Shown here: one piece after another, positions 47,057 through 57,465 of the stretch
Numbering within the stretch: position 1 is the first letter of the stretch
Layout of the letters: each line of letters starts with the position of its first letter
Assembly (NCBI GenBank): GCA_965203315.1
Contig: OZ241857.1
Coordinates: 1,312,001-1,376,000, forward strand
DNA length: 64,000 bases
From: Nitrosopumilus sp.
Lineage (GTDB): Archaea > Thermoproteota > Nitrososphaeria > Nitrososphaerales > Nitrosopumilaceae
Reading direction: 5' to 3'
Position numbers and translations under genes: made by a program
The notes under the pieces: generated by a model
The model's input: the letters and a program-made list of their open reading frames with translations, nothing else
Told to the model about the DNA's origin: nothing
The model's database searches: none

Positions 47057-48994
47057 ATGCAAAGAAAACAACCACCAAAAGAGATACCTAGTAGCCAAAA
47101 CATAATGGCGACGATACTGCAAAGTATCCCCAAAGAGGCCAAGGTTACAAAGATCGAGTACGAGGGACCGCGAATTGCACTGTTTACAAAATCACCCAAG
47201 TATCTCTTAGAGAATAGTAGTATAATATCAAATCTAGTTAGCGTTATCAAGAAACGCATAGTTGTACGTACAGACGAGTCTATCCGCAAATCTGAAGATG
47301 ATGCACGAAAGATCTTGACTGAACGTGTACCAAAAGACGCGAAACTCGAAGGTATGGTATTTGATACAGCAACAGGCGAGGTCTCTGTTGAAGTAAAACG
47401 CCCATGGCTCTTGCAGCGTAATCCACAAGAGTTCAATCATGCAGAGATAACCGAAGAGATTGGATGGAAGATGCGAATACGTAAAGCAACGACTATACCA
47501 TCACGTACTATTCAAATCATCAATGCAACACTCAAACAATCTGCAGCTGAACGTAGCAAACAACTGAAACAGTTTGGCGACGAGATATTTAGACCACGCA
47601 TCTCGCAACGAACCGAGGTCTCGTTGTATACACTTGGTGGCTTTGGACAAGTTGGTAGATCTTCGCTACTATTATCTACTCCAGAGAGCAAGATCTTGAT
47701 CGATTGTGGTATAAATCCAGGTGCTAGATCGCCTATGGACTCTTTTCCTAGACTCGACTCGTTAAATTTGAATCTAGATGAGATCGATGCTGTCGTGATC
47801 GGACACGCTCATTTGGATCATACAGGCTTTCTACCTGTACTCTGCAAGTATGGTTACAAGGGACCCATATACTGTACAGAGCCTACACTGCCCATGATGA
47901 ACTTGATTCAACTAGATGCGATCAAAGTCTCTGCTGCACAAGGTCGAACTCCGGTATATGCAGACCGTGATGTAAAACAAGTGATAAAACAAGCAATAAC
48001 CATCCCATATGGAACTGTAACCGATATCTCACCTGATATCAAACTTGTACTAGCTAATGCAGGTCATATTCTAGGCTCAGCTCTATGTCACTTTCATATT
48101 GGAAATGGTGATCACAACTTTGTATACAGTGGCGACATAAAGTTCGGTAAAAGCATACTGTTTGAAGCTGCGAACTGGAACTTTCCGCGTGTGGAGACTC
48201 TATTGATAGAGAGTACATATGGACTCAAAGAGGATATACAACCTAGCAGACAAGAGGTCGAGTCGGCATTCATCAACGCTGTAAACAATACACTAGCTGA
48301 CGGTGGTAAAGTATTGATTCCTATTCCAGCTGTAGGACGAGCTCAAGAGATCATGATGGTTATAGATCATTACATGAAGTTGGGGCAGATGATCGAAGCG
48401 CCAGTATTTACTGAAGGAATGATATCTGAAGCATCTGCAATACACGAATCGTATCCAGAATATCTTGCGCGAGAGCTACGACAAAAGATCTTGGAGACTG
48501 ATGATAATCCATTTGATTCAGAATACTTTACAAATATAGAACATGCAGATGCTCGCGAAGAACCCATGCGAGCTGACTCGCCTTGTATAATATTAGCGAC
48601 ATCTGGAATGTTGGAAGGCGGACCGGTATTAGAGTACTTTAAGAATATTGCACCTGACGCAAAGAACAAACTCTTGTTTGTATCGTACCAAGTAAATGGA
48701 ACATTGGGTCGTAGAGTCTTGGATGGTTCTAAACAAGTATCAATGTTAGGCAAAGAAGGTAAAGTCGAAGTTGTTACAATAAATTGTAATGTAGAAAAGT
48801 TGGATGGGTTTAGTGGTCATAGTGATTATAATCAACTAATGTCATTTGTACAGAGATTGCGTCCAAAACTTCGCCGTGTATTAGTAAATCATGGAGAACG
48901 AAAAAAGTCTGAAAACCTCGCAATGAACATAAGACGCGTGTACAAACTTCCTTCACATTATCCTCAAATTCAAGAAGGGATCAAATTATTTTAG
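47057..48994 (+). CDS. aCPSF1/FttA beta-CASP ribonuclease (KH + MBL)
   Basis: EYEGP, LGGF..VGRS, HAHLDH, AGHILGS, FSGHSD, HGE. Confidence 0.96.
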   Translation: MQRKQPPKEIPSSQNIMATILQSIPKEAKVTKIEYEGPRIALFTKSPKYLLENSSIISNLVSVIKKRIVVRTDESIRKSEDDARKILTERVPKDAKLEGMVFDTATGEVSVEVKRPWLLQRNPQEFNHAEITEEIGWKMRIRKATTIPSRTIQIINATLKQSAAERSKQLKQFGDEIFRPRISQRTEVSLYTLGGFGQVGRSSLLLSTPESKILIDCGINPGARSPMDSFPRLDSLNLNLDEIDAVVIGHAHLDHTGFLPVLCKYGYKGPIYCTEPTLPMMNLIQLDAIKVSAAQGRTPVYADRDVKQVIKQAITIPYGTVTDISPDIKLVLANAGHILGSALCHFHIGNGDHNFVYSGDIKFGKSILFEAANWNFPRVETLLIESTYGLKEDIQPSRQEVESAFINAVNNTLADGGKVLIPIPAVGRAQEIMMVIDHYMKLGQMIEAPVFTEGMISEASAIHESYPEYLARELRQKILETDDNPFDSEYFTNIEHADAREEPMRADSPCIILATSGMLEGGPVLEYFKNIAPDAKNKLLFVSYQVNGTLGRRVLDGSKQVSMLGKEGKVEVVTINCNVEKLDGFSGHSDYNQLMSFVQRLRPKLRRVLVNHGERKKSENLAMNIRRVYKLPSHYPQIQEGIKLF

Positions 48995-49264
48995 ATCATA
49001 CTCGGGCTTCCATATCTTGATGCCCGACGGCGCAATGATGATTCGTTCATCACCTAGTCTGGCAATATCAGATCCTGAAGCCTTTGCTATGGAGTATAGT
49101 TCTTCAACAACCGTTCTTAGCTGATCAACGTCTTTCTGTGCTAGTGGTGTAACTCTTAGGATCAGTATCATGTCTTTCTTGATATCCTCCTTTATGGAAT
49201 GGACATCACTGACGTCTCGTATGGTTATCGCCTTGAGGTATGTCGGGCTCTCTTGCTTTTGCAT
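48986..49264 (-). CDS. sepF: Cell division protein SepF
   Basis: Short ORF with DIARLG..RII..P. Confidence 0.85.
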   Translation of the reverse strand: MQKQESPTYLKAITIRDVSDVHSIKEDIKKDMILILRVTPLAQKDVDQLRTVVEELYSIAKASGSDIARLGDERIIIAPSGIKIWKPEYDLK

Positions 49265-49327
49265 CTTGTACAATAAGAGATCGCACTTACTCAAAAACTC
49301 TTCTCTAATCTGGTAAAGATTTCGTGC

Positions 49328-50326
49328 CTAGATTCGAAATTTGGCATACTCTGACTCGTCTACTGGCTCTGTTGTGTGCTCTTTGATGATATCGTTGATC
49401 TTGACCAAGATCACTCCCTGCTGAGCCTTCGGGGCATCAGAGTATCTTAACGTGACTGCAGCCGCAAACGATACATGCTCTTTCGCATTCGTGCCACGAA
49501 GTATCGATATCGGTCCAACATGATCCTTTGCCTCAAACAAGATATCGTCATGTAGTGCAATCGATGAGATGATATCATTCTCTCTCTTGTTTCTTCCTAC
49601 AACAAACTTTGTTTCATTATCTAATCTAAAATGTCTACCAACCTTTAACAGATCAATATCATTGATACTTGGTGTCTCGATATGTTCAAAGAGATCTCTT
49701 GCCTTTACACCAAAAGCTGGTTCAGTTAATAGACAACCTCCTCCTGCATTTGGTGGATTCTCTATTCCATACTCTGCTGCCATCTTTAGTTGTATCTTTC
49801 TAGATCTACCTTTGATCATGCCTAAATTTTCTCGTTTAATCAAACCATCTCTCTCTGGATCTGTTGGCGGTAATAGTTGTGCAGATAATGGCCTAACTAT
49901 CTTTCCTTTTAGATCAGACTCTTTTTCAATTGTTCGTAGTGCTTGTCCATACTGACTCATTGGGCGTTGACCTAAAACTTCACCTGATATTATAAATTCA
50001 GCCCCAATATCTTCCATGTGTTCCTTTGCTGCATCAAACATCATTGCGCGACAGTCTATACATGGATTAAATCCGGCGCCTCTTCCATGTTTTGGTTTCT
50101 TCAACATCTCGATATATTCATCACCTAGATATACTGTCTTGAGATCTATGTTTAGATCATCTGCGCGTTCTCTGATCTCAAAACCACAGCCACGTCCACA
50201 ATCGAAATCACAAAAAGGTGTCTTTATTGCAACTGCCGATACCTCAAACCCTTGCTCTTGCATCATCTTTACTGCTAGCTGACTATCTAATCCTCCTGAT
50301 AGTAGAGCAACTACCTTCTTTGACAT
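49328..50326 (-). CDS. ThiI/MnmA-like tRNA thiolation PP-loop protein with C-terminal DUF814-like domain
   Basis: SGGLDS, NPCIDC, GEVLGQRPMSQ, GGCLLT, GRHFR. Confidence 0.85.
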   Translation of the reverse strand: MSKKVVALLSGGLDSQLAVKMMQEQGFEVSAVAIKTPFCDFDCGRGCGFEIRERADDLNIDLKTVYLGDEYIEMLKKPKHGRGAGFNPCIDCRAMMFDAAKEHMEDIGAEFIISGEVLGQRPMSQYGQALRTIEKESDLKGKIVRPLSAQLLPPTDPERDGLIKRENLGMIKGRSRKIQLKMAAEYGIENPPNAGGGCLLTEPAFGVKARDLFEHIETPSINDIDLLKVGRHFRLDNETKFVVGRNKRENDIISSIALHDDILFEAKDHVGPISILRGTNAKEHVSFAAAVTLRYSDAPKAQQGVILVKINDIIKEHTTEPVDESEYAKFRI

Positions 50327-50697
50327 ATACACCAGAATATTTTTTCATATATACAGTTTACATTACATGTGTTGTTACTAATATCAAATTGTATGATGTT
50401 ATGCTATGTTGTTATCCACGTCACAACAATCAGACATAATCATAACGAATATTTTTCATAACAGTCTAATGTGTAATCTGCTAGTGATATTTGGATAGTG
50501 CCATACTTACCTGACACGAGCTTTACCAACTATTTCTAGTCGACTATCTCAAGGCATAGGTATGGCTATACATCGGGTTGTATTGTAATATAAAAGGCTA
50601 ACTGAGGATCTACATATGACTCGTGTCGAATATTTATTTTAGATATCTATAATTTAGTGAACAAAATCAAGGTCAATTATTTAATTATTGTCTACAT

Positions 50698-51618
50698 TTA
50701 AAACTCTTCAAAATAGCTTTCGTCTATTTTTTTCAGTTCAATAGTATTTGATATCAAAATACCAACATTATGTTCTATCAAAAGCTTGGTAAGATAATTA
50801 CCGTCTATTAAAATCACATTTGTATGTGTGTTTTTAATCCATTCTTTTGCACTTTGGCTAAAACTTGAGGTTGTTATGAATATTCCCTTTTGTGTATTTG
50901 TTGCCGTTAATGCACCCACAAAATCTCGTAATTCTCGTTCACCAACTACATTTTGCCATTTTTTAGCTTGAGTATAGATCTTTTCTAACCCAAGCTTGTC
51001 TTGTCCAATTATTCCGTCAATTCCATGATCACCAGATTTACCTGTATGTTTAATATTGTCTCCATATCCCATCTTTTTAAATAGTTTTAGAACTAAATAT
51101 TCAAAACCTTGATCAGATAGAGATTTCACTTTTTCAAGTAGTTCGTCTTCTAACTCTCTCACAAATTCAAACTGTCCTTCTTCAATTAACTCTATAGGCG
51201 TCTTATTCACTATGGTATCATTTTGAAGTTTAGATGGATAATTATCTAATGTTGCATCAGACTTGTCCTCATCATCTCTTTTGTCATGCCATTTGACGAA
51301 CGCTGGAAAGTTGTAGAGATATTTAAGATCAGTTTTTTTAGGATTCTCAGCTAGTACATCAAGACCCTGTTGTGTTATTCTATAAATTCCACGACTTGTT
51401 GATTCTATAAATTTAGCATGTTTCATGTACGAGTTAGCCCAAGTAACCCTATCGTATATACGCGACTGTCCACTAGGCGTCCTTTCATTCTTTTCCTCTT
51501 CGGTAAAATTGAACTGTTCGATTATTCTTTCAATCAACTGACTAATCTTGTACTCTCTTTGATCTTTCATAATATGTAATATTGGAAGCATTAATTCATA
51601 ATGAGTCGGTATTGTCAT
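50698..51618 (-). CDS. mrr: Mrr-family type IV restriction endonuclease
   Basis: Mrr_N wHTH (IP.....P.L...R..WA..Y), FE.LV..L...MGY, D.GIDG, QAK, G.FITTS.F, LIDG. Confidence 0.93.
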   Translation of the reverse strand: MTIPTHYELMLPILHIMKDQREYKISQLIERIIEQFNFTEEEKNERTPSGQSRIYDRVTWANSYMKHAKFIESTSRGIYRITQQGLDVLAENPKKTDLKYLYNFPAFVKWHDKRDDEDKSDATLDNYPSKLQNDTIVNKTPIELIEEGQFEFVRELEDELLEKVKSLSDQGFEYLVLKLFKKMGYGDNIKHTGKSGDHGIDGIIGQDKLGLEKIYTQAKKWQNVVGERELRDFVGALTATNTQKGIFITTSSFSQSAKEWIKNTHTNVILIDGNYLTKLLIEHNVGILISNTIELKKIDESYFEEF

Positions 51619-51740
51619 TATACAAAACAGATATTTTTAATATTTATACATATTCCACATTCGTTCATGCATTTTCCATGATCAACTATAACGTGTCTGT
51701 TCTCTTGACATATTAAATAGACGCATGCGCTTTCATCTAT

Positions 51741-52244
51741 ATGAAGCAGACCAAAATCTATCAAGGCAAGATACTAGGCTTGAGCACCTATGAAGGTGAG
51801 ATCGAAGGACGGCAAGTAAAGCGTGAGATAATCGAACACAGAGGAGCTGCCGCAATACTCGGATTTGATGAACATGGAATGGTTATCCTAGTCAGACAAC
51901 ATCGATTCCCACATGGCTATGTCCTAGAGATCCCAGCAGGAACTCTAGAACCCGGAGAAGATCCTCTAGACTGCGCGTTTAGAGAATTTACAGAAGAGAC
52001 TGGATACAAAGCAGAAGAGATGACTCCGCTAATCTCATACTATCCATCGATCGGCTACAACTCTGAGATCATTCACTGCTTTGTAGCAACTAGTACAACA
52101 AAGGTAGCAGATCTAAAACTAGATGATGATGAGATTCTAAATGTCACAAAACTAGATATCAAAGATATACACAAGATGATTATATCTGGAGAGATTCAAG
52201 ACTCTAAAACAATATGTGCAGTTTTAACATACATGACCAACTAA
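51741..52244 (+). CDS. NUDIX hydrolase (ADP-ribose pyrophosphatase-like)
   Basis: EIPAG.LE.GE....A.RE..EETGY. Confidence 0.92.
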   Translation: MKQTKIYQGKILGLSTYEGEIEGRQVKREIIEHRGAAAILGFDEHGMVILVRQHRFPHGYVLEIPAGTLEPGEDPLDCAFREFTEETGYKAEEMTPLISYYPSIGYNSEIIHCFVATSTTKVADLKLDDDEILNVTKLDIKDIHKMIISGEIQDSKTICAVLTYMTN

Positions 52245-53218
52245 TTGTATATCGGCTTTACCAGATCAGCTACATCTGCCCAAGACTGTATGGTTCTCTC
52301 AAACATGTATATCAGATCTAGAAATATTATTGGTATCTCTTTCTTATTTCCTAATGTGGTTCGCAGACTACTCAACTTGGATTCTAGTTCTTTATGCATA
52401 GATATTGCTTCAATAGCAAGATGTCTGTTCGATGTCGTAAATGCATCTATGGACTTTTCAGCTAGACGATCAAAGTCTTTAACAACACCAAAGAGTCTCT
52501 TTGTGTATACTTTGGATAATGACGAATCATGTATTGTATCTGCAAGCTCGACGATTGTATCGCCACCATTCTCAAGTAGATTTGCAGCTATTCTATAATC
52601 CAAGATATCAATATTCTCTAGATTAAACGTATTTGCAAGTTGTCTATCTCCTAATGTACTACGGATAAGTCTAACAAGCAAAAAGTACTGTCGATTAACC
52701 TCTGCATCACGTTTCGATATTGTTGTTAGGGTTGATCTGTCGTCTAGTACTAAACCATTTGTTACATCATTGTACATGCCGAGCGCAATAGAACTCATCC
52801 TCTTGAGTATCTTTTGTGGATTAACCGTAGTCGAATCTAGTAAAAACTGCATCATAATATGTGACGAATCTTCCTCTATTATCTCCATACCAACTAGTCG
52901 ACGCATAGAGTTGCGAATCTTCTCGCGCTCCTCTCCCGGTATAACCGAATCTGATTTAACATGAATCACATCATATCCTAATAGATATGCTCCTGTGATA
53001 TCGGCTACAATATTCTCTTCTTTAGGTAGTGGATACGATATCAAGAGATCTTTGGTGGGTCGTACATCCTTGTTTACCGAGATCGATATACTATCATGTT
53101 TGGTCTCGATCTCTACCTGACTACTCTTTGTGAGGCCATTCGCATCGATCCACTCTTTGGGTAGCGACACTAGGATACTGCTGCCTATCTTTTGTAACCG
53201 TCGAATGAATTTAGCCAA
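52241..53218 (-). CDS. phoU: Phosphate uptake regulator PhoU with AbrB-like N-terminus
   Basis: RRLQ..G.S..VSLPK.W, YL.GYD.I, PhoU helical repeats. Confidence 0.88.
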   Translation of the reverse strand: MAKFIRRLQKIGSSILVSLPKEWIDANGLTKSSQVEIETKHDSISISVNKDVRPTKDLLISYPLPKEENIVADITGAYLLGYDVIHVKSDSVIPGEEREKIRNSMRRLVGMEIIEEDSSHIMMQFLLDSTTVNPQKILKRMSSIALGMYNDVTNGLVLDDRSTLTTISKRDAEVNRQYFLLVRLIRSTLGDRQLANTFNLENIDILDYRIAANLLENGGDTIVELADTIHDSSLSKVYTKRLFGVVKDFDRLAEKSIDAFTTSNRHLAIEAISMHKELESKLSSLRTTLGNKKEIPIIFLDLIYMFERTIQSWADVADLVKPIYN

Positions 53219-53284
53219 TTTATATCAATTTATATAATTTAATCCATATTCTTATATTTTATGCAAAGTTTAAATTTTATAGGT

Positions 53285-54199
53285 ATGAAAGCTAAAGCAT
53301 TCTGTCCAGCTCACATCACCGGATTCTTCAAGGCATATCTAAACGACAACGATCAGATATCACAGATGGGGTCAATGGGGGCAGGTTTCTCCATCAAACA
53401 TGGTGTTACAACAACCGTACACACTAGACCTAGATCCAACGGTGAGCCAAGTTTCAACATAACAACTAGTGGATTTGACATTGACAAGACTGATGTGTCC
53501 GAGTATGTACTGACAGAGTTTCAAAGTATTGGCAACTATACAGATATCTTTTTTGATATTAGGCATGATATTGCTGTACCTGTAGGCTATGGACTAGGTT
53601 CTAGCGCTGCAGTTGCATTGTCACTATCGTTTGCTCTAGATCGCGTTCTTGGTACCAAACTAACTCGTACAGAGATTGGTCATATAGCACACGATGCGGA
53701 GATAAGATGTAGTACTGGACTAGGTGACGTCTTGGCGTCGTATCATGGTGGATTTGAGGTACGTACAAGACCTGGTGCGCCAGGTATAGGCAGTGTAACA
53801 AAGATTGTCACAGATCCAATAATAGTTGTGATGATGTGTTTTGCACCAATATCTACTAGTAGGTTCATCAGAGAGAGACTTGACAAGATCAATGGACTAG
53901 GTGGAAAGATGGTAGATCAACTGTTAGATACTAGAGACTATGACCACTTTCAAACAATGTCGTTAGAGTTTGCAGAGTATGTTGGTGTGATGACTCCAAG
54001 GATGCAAGCGTTGATAGGCGAACTTGCAGCAAACAAGATCAGCTGTGGTGTAGCACTATTTGGCGAGACCTTATTTTCAATGATTCCAAGATCGAGAGAG
54101 CGAGATATATTGGATGTACTATCCAAATATAGAGACTGTACAATAATACATTCAGAACTAGATAATATCGGAGCTAGATCACTAGACTATACATCATGA
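53285..54199 (+). CDS. pok: Pantoate kinase (GHMP family)
   Basis: P.HITGFF, GS.GAG, P.G.GLG.S, AH.AE...TGLGDV. Confidence 0.92.
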   Translation: MKAKAFCPAHITGFFKAYLNDNDQISQMGSMGAGFSIKHGVTTTVHTRPRSNGEPSFNITTSGFDIDKTDVSEYVLTEFQSIGNYTDIFFDIRHDIAVPVGYGLGSSAAVALSLSFALDRVLGTKLTRTEIGHIAHDAEIRCSTGLGDVLASYHGGFEVRTRPGAPGIGSVTKIVTDPIIVVMMCFAPISTSRFIRERLDKINGLGGKMVDQLLDTRDYDHFQTMSLEFAEYVGVMTPRMQALIGELAANKISCGVALFGETLFSMIPRSRERDILDVLSKYRDCTIIHSELDNIGARSLDYTS

Positions 54200-54954
54200 C
54201 AGATATACCTAAATCACATCCAAGGGCAAAATCACTTGAAATACGCCAGAGGCTAGTTGATGGTTTTGATCAAGGTTTGGTCGCAAAGGAGGGTCTACTA
54301 GCTCAAGGAAGAGGAGAGGCATTTGACTATCTATTAGGAGAAAAGACCGGTAGACCAGCTAGACGTGCAATAAGAGCAGCAGCTGCAACCCTATTACTCG
54401 CAACACATCCTGTAATATCGATAAATGGAAACGTAGCCGCACTGTGTCCAAAACAATTGATTCAACTAGCAAGATGTACTGATGCACATATAGAGATAAA
54501 TCTATTCTACACAAATGATGCAAGAAGAAGAAAGATTGCCAAACTATTTGCAGAACATGGAGCTGACAAAATATTGGGATTAGATAAATCTAAATTAAAG
54601 AGTCTTGATGGAACAGACTCGGCGAGAAGATTCGTAGATGAACATGGAATGTATGTTGCTGATGTTGTTGTTGTTCCATTAGAGGACGGCGATCGTACAC
54701 AAGCATTACATAAATCTGGCAAAACCGTTATAACATTTGATCTAAATCCACTATCTAGAACTGCACAGACTGCAGATATTACAATTATAGACAACATTAC
54801 GCGAGCAATTACAATCTTGATCGAAGAAACAAGACATCTCTCAAACAGTACAAGATTGAAAAAGATTGTTGCAAACTTTGACAACAAAAAAAATCTACAA
54901 GAGAGCATATCCCAGATACAAAAAAATCTAACGAGGAGAGCAGCACATGCATAA
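54196..54954 (+). CDS. pps: 4-phosphopantoate--beta-alanine ligase
   Basis: IP.SHPR..SL, GRGEAFDYL.GE, SINGN.AAL, PLEDGDR, DLNPLSRT. Confidence 0.95.
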   Translation: MTDIPKSHPRAKSLEIRQRLVDGFDQGLVAKEGLLAQGRGEAFDYLLGEKTGRPARRAIRAAAATLLLATHPVISINGNVAALCPKQLIQLARCTDAHIEINLFYTNDARRRKIAKLFAEHGADKILGLDKSKLKSLDGTDSARRFVDEHGMYVADVVVVPLEDGDRTQALHKSGKTVITFDLNPLSRTAQTADITIIDNITRAITILIEETRHLSNSTRLKKIVANFDNKKNLQESISQIQKNLTRRAAHA

Positions 54955-55786
54955 ATTGATCAGAGATATAACAGAGATGAAACTCCAAGAGAGAAAGATC
55001 TCTGTAGTTACCAGCTATGACTATACCGTGGCATCATTGTGTGATAGAGCAGGAGTGGATATCTTGCTAGTTGGAGATAGTGCAGGGATGGTTATGTTGG
55101 GATATAATGATACTAGACGTGTCACGATGGAACAGATGTGTGTATTTACCGAGGGAGTAAGTAATGGACGAGAGAATGCACTAGTGGTAGCTGATCTACC
55201 GTTTTTATCATATCAGACATCTATACGTGATGCCATATACAACTCTGGTAGACTCGTCAAAGCAGGAGCAGATGCAGTAAAACTAGAGGGAGGTGTAGAA
55301 GTCGCAGATACCGTGCATGCTATAACACAAGCAGGAATACCTGTGATGGGACATATTGGCGTACAACCACAAACAGCTGTTCTATCAGATGGGTACAAAG
55401 TCCAAGGTAAAACAGCTATGGAAGCATTGAGACTAGTAGATGCCGCCAAAGCACTCGAGTCTGCAGGTGCATTTAGTATAGTACTAGAGATGGTAACCAC
55501 CGAAGCCGCAGATGTCATATCCAAAACGATTAAGATTCCAACGATAGGAATCGGTTCAGGAAATTATTGTGATGGTCAAGTACTTGTGATTCAAGATCTC
55601 TTGGGCATGTATGATAAATTACACCCCAAATTTGTAAAGAGATACAAGAATCTAACAAACGATATCATTGCTGCAATTAAAGAGTATGATGATGATGTTA
55701 AGTCAGATAGATTTCCATCACAAGAGAACTATTTCAGAATGAGTCAAGAAGAGCTGATCAAGTTAAGTGATGTTGTTGATAAATAA
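54947..55786 (+). CDS. panB: 3-methyl-2-oxobutanoate hydroxymethyltransferase
   Basis: T.YD, LVGDS, D.PF.SY, VKLEGG, GHIG..PQ, IGIG.G..CDGQVLV. Confidence 0.96.
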   Translation: MHKLIRDITEMKLQERKISVVTSYDYTVASLCDRAGVDILLVGDSAGMVMLGYNDTRRVTMEQMCVFTEGVSNGRENALVVADLPFLSYQTSIRDAIYNSGRLVKAGADAVKLEGGVEVADTVHAITQAGIPVMGHIGVQPQTAVLSDGYKVQGKTAMEALRLVDAAKALESAGAFSIVLEMVTTEAADVISKTIKIPTIGIGSGNYCDGQVLVIQDLLGMYDKLHPKFVKRYKNLTNDIIAAIKEYDDDVKSDRFPSQENYFRMSQEELIKLSDVVDK

Positions 55787-57020
55787 GACAGGTCATCCAT
55801 CACTTGATATTGTATCATCAGACGGTGACGAGCTTGATGATAAAAAAATAATTCTATGTATATCGGGCAGTGTTGCTGTGTACAAGGCGATAGAGCTCGC
55901 TAGACTCTTGATGCGACATGGAGCTGATGTTACATGTGTTGCAAGTAATGCGGCAACCAAGCTAGTAAAACCAGACTATTTCAAGTGGGCTACTGGAAAT
56001 AGTGTAATAACAAGACTGACTGGAGATATGGAGCATATCAAACTTGCGGACTATAACAACTCTGATCTAATTGTAGTGTATCCAGCTACTGCAAACACGC
56101 TAGGTAAACTTGCAAACGGAATAGATGATACGCCGATATCGACAATACTTACAGTAGGATTTGGATCAAAGATTCCAATAGTCATGTGTCTTGCAATGCA
56201 CGCTGCCATGTATGAGAATGTATCTGTACAACGAAATATCTCATTTCTAAAGAACAAGATTCAATTTCTAGAACCTAATATGATAGAAGGCAAAGCAAAG
56301 GTACCAGAGCCTCAAGATGTCCTAGATCATATACTAGATATGTATAGATCCAGATCACCACTCGCAAATAAGAAGATACTGTTAACTGCTGGTTCGACAG
56401 TCGAGCATATTGATCCAGTACGTGTTATAACAAATCAGAGTTCTGGAAAGACTGGTGCACTATTGGCTGGTGAGTTTATCAAGGTAGGAGCCAAAGTTAC
56501 AATGATCTATGGTCAAGCAAGCGAGCCTCTACCAAAAGGAGTCCAAGTCATCAGAGTTTCAACAAGCAAAGAGATGAGTGCTTGTATAATGAAACAACTA
56601 CGCCAAAGATTCGATGTTATAGTTATGGCAGCTGCTGTATCTGATTATACACCAAAGACAGTATCCAAATCCAAGATAAATAGTACAAAACAACTAACGA
56701 TACAACTCAGACCAACACCAAAGATAATCGATCAGATACGAGAGAGATCTCGAGATGCATTTGTTGTAGGATTCAAGGCAGAGGCCGATGTCTCTGATGA
56801 TAAATTGATTCGAGCTGCAAAGACAAAGTTACATAAATCCAAAGTAGACATTATAATCGCAAACGATATCGGAACAAGATACAAAAAGAATCCAAACAAT
56901 AACCGAGTCTTGATAATAGACGACAAATCAATAGTATCATCAAGGTGGCAAAAGAAGGAAAAGATTGTTAGATTCATTTGTAAAGAGATCGAGAAAAGAT
57001 ATGCTCAGAATAATATCTAG
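55767..57020 (+). CDS. coaBC: Bifunctional phosphopantothenoylcysteine decarboxylase/ligase
   Basis: GSVA.YK, PATAN.LGK.A.GI.D, TAG.T.E.IDPVR.ITN.SSGK.G, AAAVSD, GFKAE. Confidence 0.96.
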   Translation: MMLLINKTGHPSLDIVSSDGDELDDKKIILCISGSVAVYKAIELARLLMRHGADVTCVASNAATKLVKPDYFKWATGNSVITRLTGDMEHIKLADYNNSDLIVVYPATANTLGKLANGIDDTPISTILTVGFGSKIPIVMCLAMHAAMYENVSVQRNISFLKNKIQFLEPNMIEGKAKVPEPQDVLDHILDMYRSRSPLANKKILLTAGSTVEHIDPVRVITNQSSGKTGALLAGEFIKVGAKVTMIYGQASEPLPKGVQVIRVSTSKEMSACIMKQLRQRFDVIVMAAAVSDYTPKTVSKSKINSTKQLTIQLRPTPKIIDQIRERSRDAFVVGFKAEADVSDDKLIRAAKTKLHKSKVDIIIANDIGTRYKKNPNNNRVLIIDDKSIVSSRWQKKEKIVRFICKEIEKRYAQNNI

Positions 57021-57050
57021 CTAGGACTTCAACCTTTATCAAATCTCTGT

Positions 57051-57194
57051 CTAATTATATCCTATAGTATCATAATATGTTATCTGCGTTAATAGTGACA
57101 ATTCATATTCGCGTCCACACTCGTCAGAACAAAAATCATCCCCATATTTTGTATTTTGAGTGGATAGTTTTTTACACATTTTACATTTTGCCAT
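57051..57194 (-). CDS. 47-aa FCS/TRASH-type zinc-finger microprotein
   Basis: MAKCKMCKKLSTQNTKYGDDFCSDECGREYELSLLTQITYYDTIGYN; TTTATATA box ends 22 nt upstream of the ATG. Confidence 0.65.
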   Translation of the reverse strand: MAKCKMCKKLSTQNTKYGDDFCSDECGREYELSLLTQITYYDTIGYN

Positions 57195-57236
57195 TTACTT
57201 GTATTGTACATGTGAATATATAAATTTTATATGGAC

Positions 57237-57354
57237 GGATCTCTTTGATTTACGTGGAGATGACGTTTCACAAGGCTTTTTCTGTAATTTTCCCTTATAG
57301 AATCTCGTAGTGCTTTTTCTGTAACTATTCGTCCCACATAAACTGAAGAGATCC
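57237..57354. mobile_element. MITE family A, copy 3 (118 bp, inverted relative to copies 1-2)
   Basis: TIR GGATCTCTTTGATTTACGTGG/CCACATAAACTGAAGAGATCC; no TSD retained. Confidence 0.85.
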
Positions 57355-57465
57355 AAACTAGTAACAAGTCAGAGAATTTAGTCAGATTTGACTCATCAGA
57401 TGTTGTATGTGCTTGAAAATGACTTTTACCCGAACTCTATAATCTGTATTATTGTTTTTAAAATT

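Noticed and set aside
50335-50461. GAATATTTTT(T)CATA direct repeat flanking ~95 bp
   Set aside because: Low-complexity AT-rich sequence with no terminal inverted repeats between the copies.
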